A stretch of DNA of 62,943 bases, the filler included, from Chiloscyllium plagiosum (taxonomy: Eukaryota), in assembly GCF_004010195.1 (NCBI RefSeq). It is 6 parts of one record of this genome, joined end to end, with 100 filler letters (N's around TTAATTAATTAA, not from the genome) between each part and the next. Parts side by side here need not be neighbours in the genome. Positions count along the whole stretch, not along the records: positions 1 to 14,193 come from NC_057711.1; positions 14,294 to 31,186 come from NC_057711.1; 4 more parts are not named here. One strand, written 5' to 3'. Positions 11,911 through 25,606 of the stretch are shown one piece after another; positions within the stretch are counted from its first letter, which is position 1, and each line of letters starts with the position of its first letter. Both the position numbers and the translations under genes were made by a program. Below the pieces are notes generated by a model. It was not told where the DNA came from. It did not search any database and worked only from the letters and a program-made list of their open reading frames with translations.

Positions 11911-14193
11911 AATCATAGAGTCATAGAGATGTACAGCATGGAAATAGGCCCTTCAGTCCAACCTGTCCATGCCGACCAGATATCCAAACCCAATCTAGTC
12001 CCACCTACCAGCACCCAGCCCATATCCCTCCAAACTCTTCCTATTCATACACCCATCCAAATGCCTCTGAAATGTTGCAATTGTACCAGCCTCCACCACA
12101 TCCTCTGGCAGCTCATTCCATACACGTACCACCCTCTGCGTGAAAACGTTGCCACTTTGGTCTCTTTTATATCTTTCCCCTCTCACCCTAAACACATGCC
12201 CTCTAATTCTGGACTCCCCCACCCCAGGGAAAAGACTTTGTCTATTTATCCTATCCATGCCCCTCATAATTTTGTAAACTTCTATGAGGTCACCCCTCAG
12301 CCTCTGACGCTCCAGGGAAAACAGCCCCAACCTGTTCAGCCTCTCCCTGTAACTTAAATCCTCCAACCCTGGCAACATCCATGTAAATCTTTTCGGAACC
12401 CTTTCAAGTTTCACAACATCTTTCCGATAGGAAGGAGATCAGAATTGCATGCAATATTCCAACAGTGGCCTAACCAATCTCCTGTACAGCTGCAACATGA
12501 CCTCCCAACTCCTGTACTCAATACTCTGACCAATAAAGGAAAGCATACTAATCTGAGGTAACCCTCTTCACTGTCCACTACACCTCCAATTTTGGTGTCA
12601 TCTGCAAACTTACTAACTTTACCTCTTATGCTCGTATCCAAATCATTTATGTAAATGCAAAAAGGAAGGGGGCCCAGCACCGATCCTTGTGGCACTCCAC
12701 TGGTCACAGGCCTCCAGTCTGAAAAACAACCCTCCACCACCACCTTCTGTCTTCTACCTTTGAGCCAGTTCTATATCCAAATGGCTAGTTCTCCCTGTAT
12801 TCTATGAGATCTAACCTTGCTAATCATTCTCCCATGGGAAACCTTGTCGAACACCTTATTGAAGTCCATATAGATCACATCTACTGCTCTGCCCTCATCA
12901 ATCTTCTTTGTTACTTCTTCAAAAAACTCAATAAAGTTTGTGAGACATTATTTCCCACACACAAAGCCATGTTGACTATCCCTAATCAGTCCTTGCCTTT
13001 CCAAATACATGTACATCCTATCCTTCAGGATTCCCTCCAACAACCTGCCCACCACTGAGGTCAGGCTCACCAGTCTATAGTTCCCTGGCTTGTCTTTAGA
13101 TTAGATTAGATTACAGTATGGAAACAGGCCCTTCGGCCCAACAAGTCCACACCGACCCGCTGAAGCGAAACGCACCCATACCCCTACATTTACCCCTTAC
13201 CTAACACTACGGGCAATTTAGTATGACCAATTCACCTGACCGTGCACATCTTTGGACTGTGGGAGGAAACCGGAGCACCCGGAGGAAACCCACGCAGACA
13301 CGGGGAGAATGTGCAAACTCCACACAGTCAGTCGCCTGAGGCGGGAATTGAACCCGGGTCTCTGGCGCTGTGAGGCAGCAGTGCTAACCACTGTGCCACC
13401 GTGCCGTCCACCCTTCTTAAACAGTGGCACCACGTTTGCCAACCTCCAGTCTTCTAGCACCTCACCTGTGACTAACGATGATACAAATATCTCAGCAAGA
13501 GGCCCAGCAATCACCTCTCTGGCTTCCCACAAAGTTCTTGGGTACATCTGATCAGGTCCTGGGGATTTATCCACCTTTAATCATTTCAAGACATCCAGTA
13601 CGTCCTCCTCTGTAATCTGGACATTTTGCAAGATGTCACCATCTATTTCCCTACAGTCTATATCTTTCATATCCTTTTCCACAATAAATACTGATGCAAA
13701 ATATTCATTTAGTATCTCCCCCATTTTCTGTGGCTCCACACAAAGGCCGCCTTGCTGATCTTTGAGGGGCCCTATTCTCCCCCTAGTTACTCTTTTGTCT
13801 TTAATATATTTGTAAAAACCCTTTGGATTCTCCTTAATACTATTTGCCAAAGCTATCTCATGTCCCCGTTTTGCCCTCCTGATTTCCCACTTAAGTATAC
13901 TCCTACGTCCTTTATACTCTTCTAAGGAGTCACTCGATCTATCCTGTCTATACCTGACATATGCTTCCTTCTTTTTCTTAACCAAATCCTCAATTTCTTT
14001 AGTCATCCAGCATTCCCTATACCTACCAGCCTTCCCTTTCACCCTGACAGGAATATACTTTCTCTGGATTCTCATTATCTCATTTCTGAAGGCTTCCCAT
14101 TTTCCAGCCATCCCTTTACCTGCGAACATCTGCCTCCAATCAGCTTTCGAAAGTTCTTGCCTAATACCATCAAAATTGGCCTTTCTCCAATTT
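11908..14193 (-). mobile_element. HER1 (CR1-clade) LINE ORF2, young copy with internal deletion near 12548 and nested HE1 SINE
   Basis: ORFs 13581-14129, 13218-13574 (KSPGPD), 12411-12743 ([17 protein letters not shown]) and 11995-12414 (RLRGDLIEVYK); (agagtcat)n tail at the low end. Confidence 0.95.
13097..13408 (-). mobile_element. HE1 SINE, near-intact, nested in HER1
   Basis: Minus strand cggcacggtggcacagtggttagcac...gggttcaattccc head and (taatc)n tail; it interrupts continuous LINE sequence. Confidence 0.95.
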
Positions 14194-14293
14194 NNNNNNN
14201 NNNNNNNNNNNNNNNNNNNNNNNNNNNNNNNNNNNNNTTAATTAATTAANNNNNNNNNNNNNNNNNNNNNNNNNNNNNNNNNNNNNNNNNNNN
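14194..14293. other. Scaffold gap: 44 N + TTAATTAATTAA + 44 N (also 31187-31286, 47870-47969, 56306-56405, 60793-60892); plain N gap at 49562-50483
   Basis: The identical 100-nt pattern occurs five times, and the 12-mer gives stops in all six frames. Assembly artefact. Confidence 0.97.
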
Positions 14294-14558
14294 AGGACAG
14301 AGATGAGGAGAAACTTCTTCACCCAGAGAGTGGTGGCTATGTGGAATGCTCTGCCCCAGAGGGCAGTCGAGGCCCAGTCTCTGGATTCATTTAAGAAAGA
14401 ATTGGATAGAACTCTCAAGGATAGTGGAATCAAGGGTTATGGAGATAAGGCAGGAACAGGATACTGATTAAGGATGATCAGCCATGATTATATTGAATGG
14501 TGGTGCAGGCTCGAAGGGCAGAATGGCATACTCCTGCACCTATTGTCTATTGTCTAAT
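14294..14558 (+). mobile_element. CR1-type LINE 3' end
   Basis: RRNFFTQRVVAMWNALP motif, 3' stem-loop region and (tattgtc)n tail. Confidence 0.9.
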
Positions 14559-15168
14559 TATTATTATTATTGCATACTCTGGAGCACATGGGAATTGAAC
14601 CCAGGCCTCTCTGGTCCAGGGGCAGGAACACTATCACCACACCACAAGAGGGGTCACACAAGCATTAGTGCAGCAGATGGAATGTTTTTTCAGACAATCA
14701 TCAGTAATACACAATCACTATTTGGGCCAGCTTTCTCTTCTCGATTTTTTCCTCAATTCATATTTGACCACTGCCATGGTGGGATTTGAACCCATACCCC
14801 CTAGAATATTAACTTGGAGTTCAGGATTACTAGTCCAGTGACATTACCACTGCCTCACATACATTTTTAATTAACCCGGTCAGAGTTGCTACCACATACC
14901 TCAAGAGTAGGTGGGATTTGAACCCTGGTCCATTGCATCAGGGATAGGTACACTACCTCTGTGCCACAAGAGCCCCACTAACTGCATGCACTATTATATC
15001 AGAGGAAAAATGAGGCTGTTAAAGTGGTCATTAATTAACCGCTTAAGGGACTCCAAAGGTGTAAGGGAAAGGCCAGCTAGCTCCACCTTAAGATAAGGAA
15101 CAGGTGGAAGATGGACAAGATGACACTGAGCTGGTCACCTACTTTATTGTACATCCCTGTCCCCAACA

Positions 15169-15515
15169 GGGTAGCACTGTGGCTCAGTGGTTAACACTGC
15201 TGCCTCACAGTGCGAGGGACCCACGTTCAATTCCAGCTTTCGGTGACTGTCTGTGGAGTTTGCACGTTCTCCCCATGTCTGTGTGAGTTTCCTCTGGGTG
15301 CTCTTGTTTCCTTCCACGATCCAAAGCTGTGCAGGTCAGGTGAATTGGCCGTGCTAAACTGCCTATAATGTTCAGGGATGTGCGAGTTAGGTGCACTAAT
15401 CAGGGGTAAGGATAGTTTAATAGGTTTGGGGAATAGGTCTGGATGGATTGCTCTTCAGAGGATCAGAATGGACTTGTTGGGCCTAATGGCCTGTTTGCAC
15501 AGTAGGGATTTTATG
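15169..15515 (+). mobile_element. HE1-type SINE
   Basis: gtggctcagtggttaacactgctgcctcacag head plus HE1 body and tail. Confidence 0.9.
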
Positions 15516-15858
15516 AACTTTGTGTACGTTTGCTGAGATTGGGCGATATAAAACTCCCCCCAAATTGGTTGCACTGTTTGAGAGATAAGGAATGTGAAGA
15601 CAGAGATATGAGTTTAAATGCAAGATATTTGGGATGTAGAGATAACATTTTTCGTTACATAATAATTTATTAGGCTATCGAATGCAATAGCAGAGACTTT
15701 TAAGAACAGATTTCATAGGTGTTTGATATAAATGTTGGTGAAGAGATATGGGAACAATTGCACACACATAAGATTGACATTTGTATGGAGCTTCAACACC
15801 ACCTTGATCGAGTTGGGTCGAACAGTTAGATCGATGTTCTAATTTGTCAGGAATTCAA

Positions 15859-16160
15859 TTTAATTATTCCTTTATCAGGAGATTTCAGAAGATGATGTGC
15901 TGTTTAAATCAAACGAGTAGTATCAATATTTGCCTTCACCAATATTTTTTTATTTTTTTGAGACAGGAGTGTGGTAAAGTAAATTAGTCAAGCAAGTTCA
16001 ATTCTGGTGGAATTTCATTTGATCATAATTCAGAAAGGCCCTTCTGCTCCAGGGCATAGCCATCTATAATTTTTTTTTAAGAACTAGAAACATGCACAGA
16101 ATTTGGAAGGATATTGCTCACAATCCTGCATTTAAAATATGGCATAGTTTGCTTTTCAGC
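15859..16160 (+). pseudogene. ABCA13: ABCA13-like fragments
   Basis: YSFIRRFQKMMC and NMHRIWKDIAHNPAFKIWHSLLFS (16089-16160). Compare recalled human WKAFKKFIRKTC and NMDWKMISDNYFQFLNNLLKS. Confidence 0.55.
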
Positions 16161-18069
16161 ATCTGTATCCTGTATCATATTTATTTTAGATATGTTATAT
16201 ACTTGTAGCCTCCACTTCTGAAAGGCTTTAGTGTTGTGCCTCAGACCTGCTTCTCCAAAGTTGCATACAAGTCAACCAAAATTGTGATGGAGTTAGATGG
16301 GAGGAAACGGTGGGGGTGTTGGTGGGGGTGGAGGTGAGCAGTGTTAACATTGAAAAGTACATGGAATTAGGTAGGTTGAGGCCTTAACATTGTTTGTAAA
16401 TTGGCTTCACCCCACTGTCTTTGAAATTTAATGTGGGGGATTGTATACAACCCCTTTGAAGAATCAACTCCTATCGATTGATGTAGTATTATGTCAATTT
16501 GCTCTCAAATGTAAACATCACATGGAGGTATTTCTTGGGTTCCTGCTGAAGAAACCAAGCTGCACCATGCCTGCTGCCAGACAATTATGTCAAATCTGGT
16601 AGTATTTGATAACGTGGTGACTGTGTTAAAATGCTGCAGACCAATTTACTGGGATTAATTTATTTTCTTCTTTAAGTGATTTCAGCATCACTGACAAGGC
16701 TTGCTCCTGAATTACACTTGTCTCTTAAATGGATTAGAACCAATAAATTCTTGAGTCAACTCCACTGCTAAGGGTCTGGAACCAAATGTAGATCAAGCTA
16801 GGATGGTGGTACCTCTCCCTGAAAAGCCATTCGGGAATTAGATAAGCTCTTACAACAATCAACTGTGCTTAAATGGTCACTGTTAGACCATCTACTAATT
16901 CCAGATTTCACTGATTTAGCATCTACTATGGTCAAATTTCAACCCTTATTCTCTGGAATATCATTCTGAGAATCTGGATTATTAGTTCAACGATGTTATA
17001 ATTATATTATCATCTCCCTCTATCTTCTGTCTGGACACACTTCAAATCTTTTATTTTAAAGTAAATATCATCTCAAAATTTCATTCAACTGAAAGCAATT
17101 TAATTCTTATGATGCAATAAATCTGCAATACAGTTGCTATATATTATATATTTAAGACATTATGCACCTAATACACAGACAGTAGTGCACTTTAAAATAG
17201 GAAAATGCCAATGAGGCATTTAAAACCCACACATTTGATGACTTATTGAATGCTAAGCAGACATGAAGACCAACTTAAGTAAATTTGTATGATGTGAGAG
17301 GGTTGACAGATAAACCAAGCTAGGTTATTAACTCAAGTTTTAGTTACAAAACTGAACATTCCTGATTTTCACTTGGTCTTCTGAGCAAATGACAGGCCAT
17401 TCTTGCAAAGCTAGTGGATTCCTTTTTCTTTTGACATATACATGCAGGTCCCAATGATATAATTTCAGTTCAGAGGTTTACTTGCCAGGTCAAGACAGTG
17501 TGGAAGAACAGTGCAACGAGCAGAGATCCAAAAATATATACGTGTAGGTTTCCTTATAGTGCTTAGAAAAGCAAAACCACTTATCTTGGCCCTCTTCAGA
17601 AAACTGAATCACCCCTTCCATGAACACCTTATCCCACTCTGCACCTGCAGAATGTCCTTACCACCAATCTGGATACCTTACTAAAGTTTGTGGGTAGAAT
17701 ACCATATTTCCCATTGTATCTCATCAATTTCCCACCCAGAATCAGAGAAAAAGCAGCAGGAATTATTTCAACAAGGCCGGGAGTTTTAAAAAGTCAGTAC
17801 AGCCTCGCTCTAGAGTCACCAATGAGTTACTTTAACTCTGTACCCATGCACCCAAAACTAGTCCAGATTTAAAATAGGATTGTTAATGTCATAATCTATA
17901 TGAGCAAGCCAAAGAAATTGATCGAACATGGAGGCCCCTGTGGCCCACTGAGCCTATGTCAACTCTGAATGAGTGGTCCACCTAGTCTCATTTTCCTTCC
18001 TTTCACCTTACCGTAATTCTTCAAAAATATTTTCTTCTTCTACTTGAAAAGCAATCATGGTTTCTGCTT

Positions 18070-18959
18070 TGTTATGATCCTAGCTGGTGATATTATTGGG
18101 CAACTTGTGGTATGGAGTGAAATCTGGCTCATAGACCATAAGAGTTTTTAAATGTTTTTGTTTACCATGGAGATCAGTCTCTGAATATATTCACAAGAGG
18201 TTCCAATGTAATTATAACAAAAGAATGCAACATGTTTTTTGCACAACAGAAAAAAAACATGAACTATGCTACACAATACAAGAACAATTTAAAATGGTCT
18301 CATTAAAATAAGAGAAAAATTCAATCCTTCAACCCCAACAAGTTTACAGATTTCCAAGTCTAAGTAAAGGCTCCACCCTGTCTCCACACTAAAACGCCTT
18401 ATGACATAGCTATAAACAATTTGTGTTCAAAAGAATTTTCTGCATTTACTTGATGCTTTCTTCTTTACTTACTGCTTGTTCCTGAAAATCTTAAACAACC
18501 TTTGAAATAGCTCACTGACCATCAAACATAGGTTCCTTAAACTCATGTCTTCAACAGCCTAGCAGGATGTCCTCCTCTCTGACACCTCTACAGCCATCTG
18601 TTTCTGGCTTTCTGCTCAGCAATTGACTACTTTTTTTACCCCAGCACTGACAGTTTAGACTGCTAATAATAGCACCTCCGCTAAGGACCTCTTCTTTCTG
18701 AATCAACCTGTTTCTGTCAGAATGAAACTGATCCTGGGGAATTTTATTTCTCTCTCAGGGCTGAGAAAACTCAAGTCAGTAAACAACTTAATAATTTTTT
18801 TCCCTAAATGGCTTGCTGTTCATTTTCTGAAGTCACATGTTTTCCTGGAAATGCTGATTTATAACTCAATAGATTTTGACCTCTTGAAAAAGAACCTTCC
18901 AAAAACTGAAGACTAAAATATTTATTTTTCTCCCTTTAGAACCAAGTTCTCAAATCACA
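18070..18959 (-). mobile_element. Probable solo LTR (TG...CA); related copy in the opposite orientation ends at 57986
   Basis: The terminus tgttatgatcctagctgg...gagtgaaatctggct matches the reverse complement of 57920-57986. No clean TSD found. Confidence 0.5.
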
Positions 18960-19249
18960 GTTATATAATATGACTTTTCATCACATTTTCCACAGCACTT
19001 TTTAATAAGGGTTTGTCCATTTACTAACAGCCGTTTATGGTAAAAATAACTCTTTGAAATTCCCTCTGTCGTCTTTTGCCACATGTTCAGACATCTATTC
19101 CTTTTACATTGATGCGGTCTGTGATTTTCTATACAGTAATGAGCACAGCATATTGTGAGCACAACCACAGAGTGACAAGGTCTTGCTGAGACAGATGTCA
19201 TTACGTTTATTACCAAACTAACTAATTACATGGCTACATTTACTTATTC

Positions 19250-19470
19250 ACTCAAGGGACATAGATGTCACTGGCTGGTCTAGAATTTATTGCCCATCCC
19301 TAGTTGCCCTTGAGAAGGTGATGGTGATCTGCCTTCTTGAACCATTTCAATCCATTGCTGTAGGTCGACCCACAATGACATTGAGGAGGAGTTTCCACAT
19401 TTTTTACCCAAAGACACAAAGTACGGCTGATATATTTCCACGTGAGGATGATAGGTGGTTTGGACAATAA
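19250..19470 (-). mobile_element. LINE 3' tail (same family at about 21955-22200 -, 25770-26390 +, 28900-29280 + and 42197-42360 +)
   Basis: Shared ttcaagaaggcagctcacc...caagggcaactagggatgggcaataaat tail. Confidence 0.75.
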
Positions 19471-20251
19471 TCGTCCCTAATGAATGAACTCCAATAACTA
19501 CAATCAATACCTTTGTGACATTTATGACTCCAACTAGCAAAGAAGGTGAAACAGCTCTTTATAATGAAGCACATTTAGAATCCTAAAAAATATATCATGG
19601 CATAGATTCTGCTTTGGGTACCATCAATGATTCCAGTACAACTTGCAACATAAGTTGGAGATTTATCTTTGAAAAATGTATTTTTCCATTTCATTTCCAC
19701 TTAAGTTTTTTTCCAGTATCAGTGAATGTGCAATTTGCCTTGCACCAGGCATATGATCTTTTATTTTGTAATACATGCAAATATATCTTTTAAAAAACGT
19801 ATCTGGGCATTCTAAAAGTCAGCATGATTAGACTTAGATCTAAGAACAAATTACAAAACTTCACTTCAGCTTTCGTCTACCTGTTAATACTCTAATTATA
19901 AATTGCTGTCAATTACTTACAAAACTTCACTTTCTAGTTAAAGTAAAATACAGTAGATAGTAAAGATGGTTTTTCTTTTATATTTTATATATTTTTAATT
20001 TTGAACTGAAATGAAAGAAGACTGTTTTAAAAACAATCAAGTTGCTGACACTCTTTATAAATGCACTATTCTTTGTCCAAACCCGGGGTGGAGATGTGGA
20101 AGGGTTATTGTCAATGAGCTGGAACTTGGAGTCCATATGAATGATTTGGCCAGGAACAATTAGCTGATTGGTCCGTAGAGTAGTGATCAGTTGTTAATAA
20201 AAATTTAAAACAAACAAATAAAAGATTTCTTACCTTTTATACAAAAAGTCA

Positions 20252-20501
20252 TCACTGGATGTTCATACATAAAAAATCCTTTATCTGAGAAATGAAACAG
20301 CATCTGCAATTGCCTAATTGATATTTACCACCATTTAAGATCAGAAAAGTTTAGATGTTCTGTAACTGACTACATCATCGAAAAATCTGCTGAACACTGC
20401 AGAATTTTCAATTGAAATGTAACTAATTTTATTTTTTATCTGAATTATCTTCTGACATTTCTTGAATTGATTCTTCAAGAAATCCCAAAAAATCTTCAAA
20501 G
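20252..20501 (+). pseudogene. ABCA13: ABCA13-like fragment (best single match)
   Basis: SLDVHT*KILYL...DQKSLDVL*L..., then NYLLTFLELILQEIPKNLQ (20443-20499). Compare recalled human KNLLRFIELILFEINPKLLE. Five TAA stops upstream; possible donor AG|gtaata. Confidence 0.65.
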
Positions 20502-21388
20502 GTAATAAAACATGTCCGTGTCTTTTGAAATATCTTTGTTCAGAATTGATATATCAATAGTGGTTCAAAGCCAATAGTGTTAAATATTTAAGAAAAAACA
20601 AGTTTATCCTATATCATTACAGTTTAGCTGTCATGACACTCCAATTCTCTAGCACTGAAAGGTCTGATTTTGATGAATATATAATTATTAATATTGATTT
20701 AAAAGATAAAGGGGTCAAATCAAAAGAAAAAAGACTGGAAAAAAATCAGAGGAAAGACATTATTCCACTGTTCTGGGATTTGCAAATGTGTCTGCTGTAA
20801 AAGTGAATAACGAAGGGCATAAATTTAGAGAATGAATATAGACTTTGGTCTCAGAACACAATCAGCCTTCATAAAGGTTACATTTGTTCGTTGCTGAATT
20901 TTAAACGTTCCTATTACATGTTTCTCATTATCACTGAATGAAAATCCTTTGAACACAGAAAACTGTTCTGTCTGATCATTCTTTTCTCAGTTATGCAGTG
21001 GTTTTAAGCTAAAAGCATCAGCAATGATAGCAAATAATGGTGAATGGAAACCTACAGTAAGTCTGGGGCGTCTTATTGATTAAAGTTGGCAGTAGCCCCA
21101 GGCAACAATTCAGGTTACTGAATTATTAATTATTAAATTCAAAAGAAGTGAAACAAATGTATAATAGCTCATTTTGTTTCTGAACATTATTTTCATATAG
21201 TTATCCATGAGGCAATGATATTAAAGTAACTGAATAATAAAGGATTTTGGTTTTTTTAAAACATATATTGTTGGCAGAAAAATAAGATCTTGTATTACTG
21301 AAAGTAAAGCAGATCATACAAAACAAATGTAAACAAAACATGAATTTTGTAAACAGAAACAGTGTAATAAAAATATTTTCTTCTTCAG

Positions 21389-21710
21389 CTTTGAAATCTA
21401 TTATTTGTGATCATGTTTCCCATACTAACATCATCAATTACCTATCATTCAATAAGTTAATATATTTGGTGCAATATTGTGTCTTTAGGACAATATCCAT
21501 AATTAATTCAGAGTTTTTTTCTTTACATTATCTGAGTTGGTTCAGAGCAAGTGAGGAGTGCAGCTATACTGGGACAACCATTGATTACAAAAAATGTCCA
21601 GGACTGGTGGTACATGCACAACTACTTCAGCTACACTTGAATACCAATGGATCCTTCTTCTCTTAACATTCCTGTGAATTTACACAATATTCCCTTTCAT
21701 GATGCAGAAG
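21389..21710 (+). pseudogene. ABCA13: ABCA13-like fragment with splice-like ends
   Basis: ttttcttcttcag acceptor and GAAG|gtaata donor. Reads TNIINYLSFNKL...SLHYLSW / SEQVRSA...TKNVQD, compared with recalled human NEILSTSFNFSQL...SLHEFGFLEQEQISEA...IRNASD. Frameshift and TGA present. Confidence 0.55.
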
Positions 21711-22429
21711 GTAATATGTTGACTATTCACAAATTGTCCAGTTTAAGACATCACTCAAACACAAACATGTACGGAAAGTTAAAGTTACAACATATTGAAA
21801 TGAACTGGTGCCCTTTTTTTAAAATGAGAATGTAGCTCAATCCACTTTCCATTTTCAATGTTGTTACTGTTTACTTTTACCCACAAAATCAGTTTTCAAC
21901 AAAGGTCTCAGCTTCAGTTCTTATGGCACCACTTCAATTTTGTTTTTGAAATTTTTAATGGGATTGCTGTCTACATCAGCATTTGTTGCTGATGCCTACT
22001 TGCTCTTGAGAAGACGGTGGTGAACTGCCTGCTTGAACAGCTACAGTTTACAGCACTGTGGGTGTTACTATGCACCAAAAATGGAGTTACAGGATCTTGG
22101 CCTAGAATACTGAATGAACAGGGATGTCATTCCAAGTCAGGATGTGTATGGCTTGGAGGAGAACATTCATGTGCAGTGTTCCCATATGCCTGATGATGAT
22201 AACTCTCTAAGAGGTTGAAATCATGGATTTTGAAGTCACTGTCCAAGTTGATTTGCTAAATGCATCATTTAAGGACCTGAATTAGCAGCAGGGCAGTAAG
22301 GTTGATATTGGACCTTCCTACCATGCCTTCAATTCTGGTGGAGGCAGGAAGCTTGCAGGGTTTGGGCATGGCCTCCTCACAACTGATCAAATGGCCTTTC
22401 CATTAATATGGCCATTACTTCCAGTGGAG

Positions 22430-23388
22430 ACAGAAAAATTGCAGATGCTAGCATCTAAAATAGACAGGCAGGGTGTGGAAGAACACAGCAAGCCAGGCAG
22501 CATCAGGAGGTGGAGAAGTCAACATTTCAGGTGTAACCCTTCTTCAGAACTAGGGTTGTGAGCAGGGGGAGCTACAGATAAAAGGGGTGGTGAGGCAGGA
22601 TGGTGAAGTGGGCACAGGTGAAGACAGGTAGAAGGTATGACCTGGTTGGTCAATGGGAGGAGCGAATCTGGTTGGTGGCAGGGAGCAGTGGAAGGGATGG
22701 GGAGGGGCTGGTAAGGGAGTCGGGGGAATGGGAGGGGGGTTATTTGAAATTGGAGAACTCAATGTTGAGTCCTCTGGGCTGTAGGCTGCCCAGGCGGAAG
22801 ATGTTGTTCCTCCAATTTACAGTGTGGTTCATTGTGGCAATGGAGGAGGCCAAGGGTGGTCATGTCAGAAAGGGAGTAGTTAGGGGAACTGAAATAGGCA
22901 GAGACTGGGAGGCCTGTTTGGTCCATGCACACTCAGCTGCAATGCTCAGTGAACCGCCACCTAAGTTTAAGCTCGGTATCCCCAATGTAGAGAAGACCAC
23001 ATTAGGAGCATCTGATGCAGTAAACTAGGTTGGAAGAGAGGCAGGTGAATCTCTGTCTCACCTGGAAGGACTGTTTGGGGCCCGGATGGAGTGAAGGGTG
23101 TGATGTACCATCAGTTTTGCATCTTTTCTGGTTGCAGGGGAAAGTACCTGGGGGTTCAGGGGACTTGGTAGGGAGAGTAGCGCAAACCAAGGACTGTCAA
23201 AGGGAACAGTCCTTGTGGAAGGCAGAGAGGGGTGGGGAAGGGAAGCTGTTCTTGGTGGCAGGGTCTAGTTGGAGTTGGCAGAAGTATTTAAGGATGATGC
23301 ATTGGATGTGGCGATTGGTCAGGTGGTAGGTGAGGACAAGAAGGTCTCTGTCTTTACTGCTTTGTGGGGGCTGGGGTGGGTTGGAGCT
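22430..23388 (-). mobile_element. Penelope-like element, 3' portion with GIY-YIG endonuclease and hammerhead-bearing terminus
   Basis: LVLTYH...IQCIILKYFCQLQLDP; PGTFPCNQKRCKT...FQVRQRFTCLSSNLVYCIRCS; terminus ctgaagaagggttacacctgaaatgtt on the minus strand at about 22520-22547. Confidence 0.9.
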
Positions 23389-23394
23389 CAATTT

Positions 23395-23660
23395 ATACCC
23401 AGTGATTACTGATAGTTACTTCAATTTAATACACAGCTTTCACTACTCAAGCATTCTATTCTATCTTGTCGAAGGAAACACAGATCACTTTGCAAAATAT
23501 CTCAAGTTCCTGAACTTGGTTGCTTCTCATTTAAATTATTTCTCTTATAAGAATCCTATGAGACTCTCATGAATCTCTCATTTTTCTCTTCTATTGATTT
23601 CCTTCACTGTTCTAATTAAAATTAGTGAAAGCTTGAAAAACAACACCTCAAATTTTGATG
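23395..23660 (+). pseudogene. ABCA13: ABCA13-like fragment (weak)
   Basis: VITDSYFNL...FTVLIKISESL, compared with recalled human ILTHIHLNV...LTFLTQISKHI. Collinear; abuts the Penelope insertion. Confidence 0.35.
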
Positions 23661-24889
23661 TTTTCCAAATTAAACTTTAAATTCAATAATCTCTCATTTT
23701 AGCCTCACAGCTCCAATTTTGCTTTGGACCAAAATTGCAGGAGGTCTACTTTTGTTGTTTTCAGTTTCTCAAATCTCTTCCATTGCTTTTGTTGTTCCAA
23801 AAGCATTTTCTTTTGCATCACACCATAGTTCCCTGCCTCTTACACTCTTATGCCTTCCAAAATATCAGTTTGTTTTCGCTTCTCTCACCTCTCTAACTGC
23901 ACATATCTGTTCTGTTTAAAACAGGTTACATCTCTTTTCTATGATCTTGTGAAATGTCATTGATTTGATGTGTCAACTCTGCTTTTCACCCCAATGTTTT
24001 GGTTTGACTGTTGAGCATTTCCAGCAATTTTGTTGTTTCCTCTTGCCATGTTGTTTAATCGTACCTCTGATCTCATGACAGAAGAACAAAGAGTTAGTTA
24101 CAAGATTAGTTATTGACCGTATTTCACAATTAACAGAGCGTAAAACATGTTCTAGCAAATGCTTTTTGTACAATTAACCTCCGTGCCCAGCCACACAGAG
24201 GTGTTCAGCTGTAATAAATATCAATAAAAATTGCCTCATGTGGATGACAGCATTTCTTTTCAGGCATGTATTTGACCAACCTGAATGATATTCCTTGTGC
24301 CTAGTTGACCTCTGGGCATGGCTGCAGATGTGAGAACTTCCAAATAGTTCAAGCATAATTTTTTTTACATACTTTATGCATATTTAATTGTAAAGTATGG
24401 TCAAAAAATAATTGTACAGGTAATTCGTTATTCTTCATTCATAAGACAATTTTTTTTTTATTTCTTCTAAAACATCTTTCGGTTGGTTGGCTGGACAATG
24501 ATCTTGCACTTTCTGATCATCATCATACAGCAAACTGCTTTGAAATAAGGTCAGTTCACTAGAACCAGTTCTGAGGAAGTGTCACTGGACCCAAAACATT
24601 AACTTTCATTTCTCTTCACAGATGCTGCCAGACTTGCTGAACTTTTCCAGCAACTTTGGTTTTTGTTTTGGCTCATTGATAACCATTTTCAAGTTTAGGA
24701 TCCTCTGATTGAACCACTCCTCAACTGACGAGGTTAGGTCGCAATGTTGGAAATGAAAGCTGGTAAAGTTCTTGTATCTCAACACACCAAGATATTTATT
24801 TCTTGCCTCAAAACTTATTCCCAATTTACTTTTATGATTTTCTTTTGTTTTGTGTATTCCAGCTATCCTTACCTCTAACTGTATAATGA

Positions 24890-25606
24890 TGTCAGGAAAA
24901 AGGGAGGAGAACACACCCTTATCTAAACAATGGAGCAGAGGTTGAGAGCGTCAAGTTCCTTGGAGTAACAATAACAATGTATTGGATTTCCCACATAGAT
25001 GCGACGGTCAAGAAGGCACAACAGAATATCTTCTTCCTCAGGCAAGGGAAATTTGGCATGTCCACAAGGACCCTCAGTAACTTTTACAGATGCACCATCG
25101 AAAGTATACTGTCCAGTTGCATAACAGCCTGGTATGGCAACTGCTCTGCCACGAACCGCAAAAAGCTACAGAAGGTTGTGAGCAAGTCAGACCAGACCGT
25201 CATGGGAGTCAACCTCCATCCATAGACTCCATTTATATTTCTCATTGCCACAGAAAGGGTGCCAACATCAAAGACCCATCCCACTTTGGTAACACTCTAC
25301 TACAACCTCTTCCATCAGGCAGAAGATACAAGACCTTGAACACATGCACCAACAGGTTCAAGAACAGCTTCTTCCCTGCTGTTATTAGACTGCTGACTGG
25401 ACTCTCTGACTACAAATAATATTGATCTTGGTAATGTTGATCTTGATTTGTGCACCTCCTGTGCAGTGTAACCTGTATGCTTCATTCTGTCTAAGCACCA
25501 TACCTTATGATATGTAATTCCTTGCTTGCTATGATCTGCCTGTACTCCTCGCAAACAAAGCTTTTCACTGTACTTAGATACACATGACTCCAATAAATCA
25601 AATCAA
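24890..25606 (+). mobile_element. Rex1/Babar-type LINE 3' end
   Basis: KKAQQ..FFLR...NFYRCTIESILSSCITAWYGNCS...KKLQKVV; QPLPSGRRY...NSFFPAVIRLL; aataaatcaaatcaa tail. Confidence 0.85.

Noticed and set aside
14238..14249. Palindromic TTAATTAATTAA recurring five times
   Set aside because: Always centred in a 100-nt N gap; an artificial six-frame stop spacer.
20229..20654. Possible minus-strand exon (cttacc donor at about 20229-20234, acceptor near 20655)
   Set aside because: All three minus frames hit stops early, and the + strand reading matches the ABCA13-like chain.
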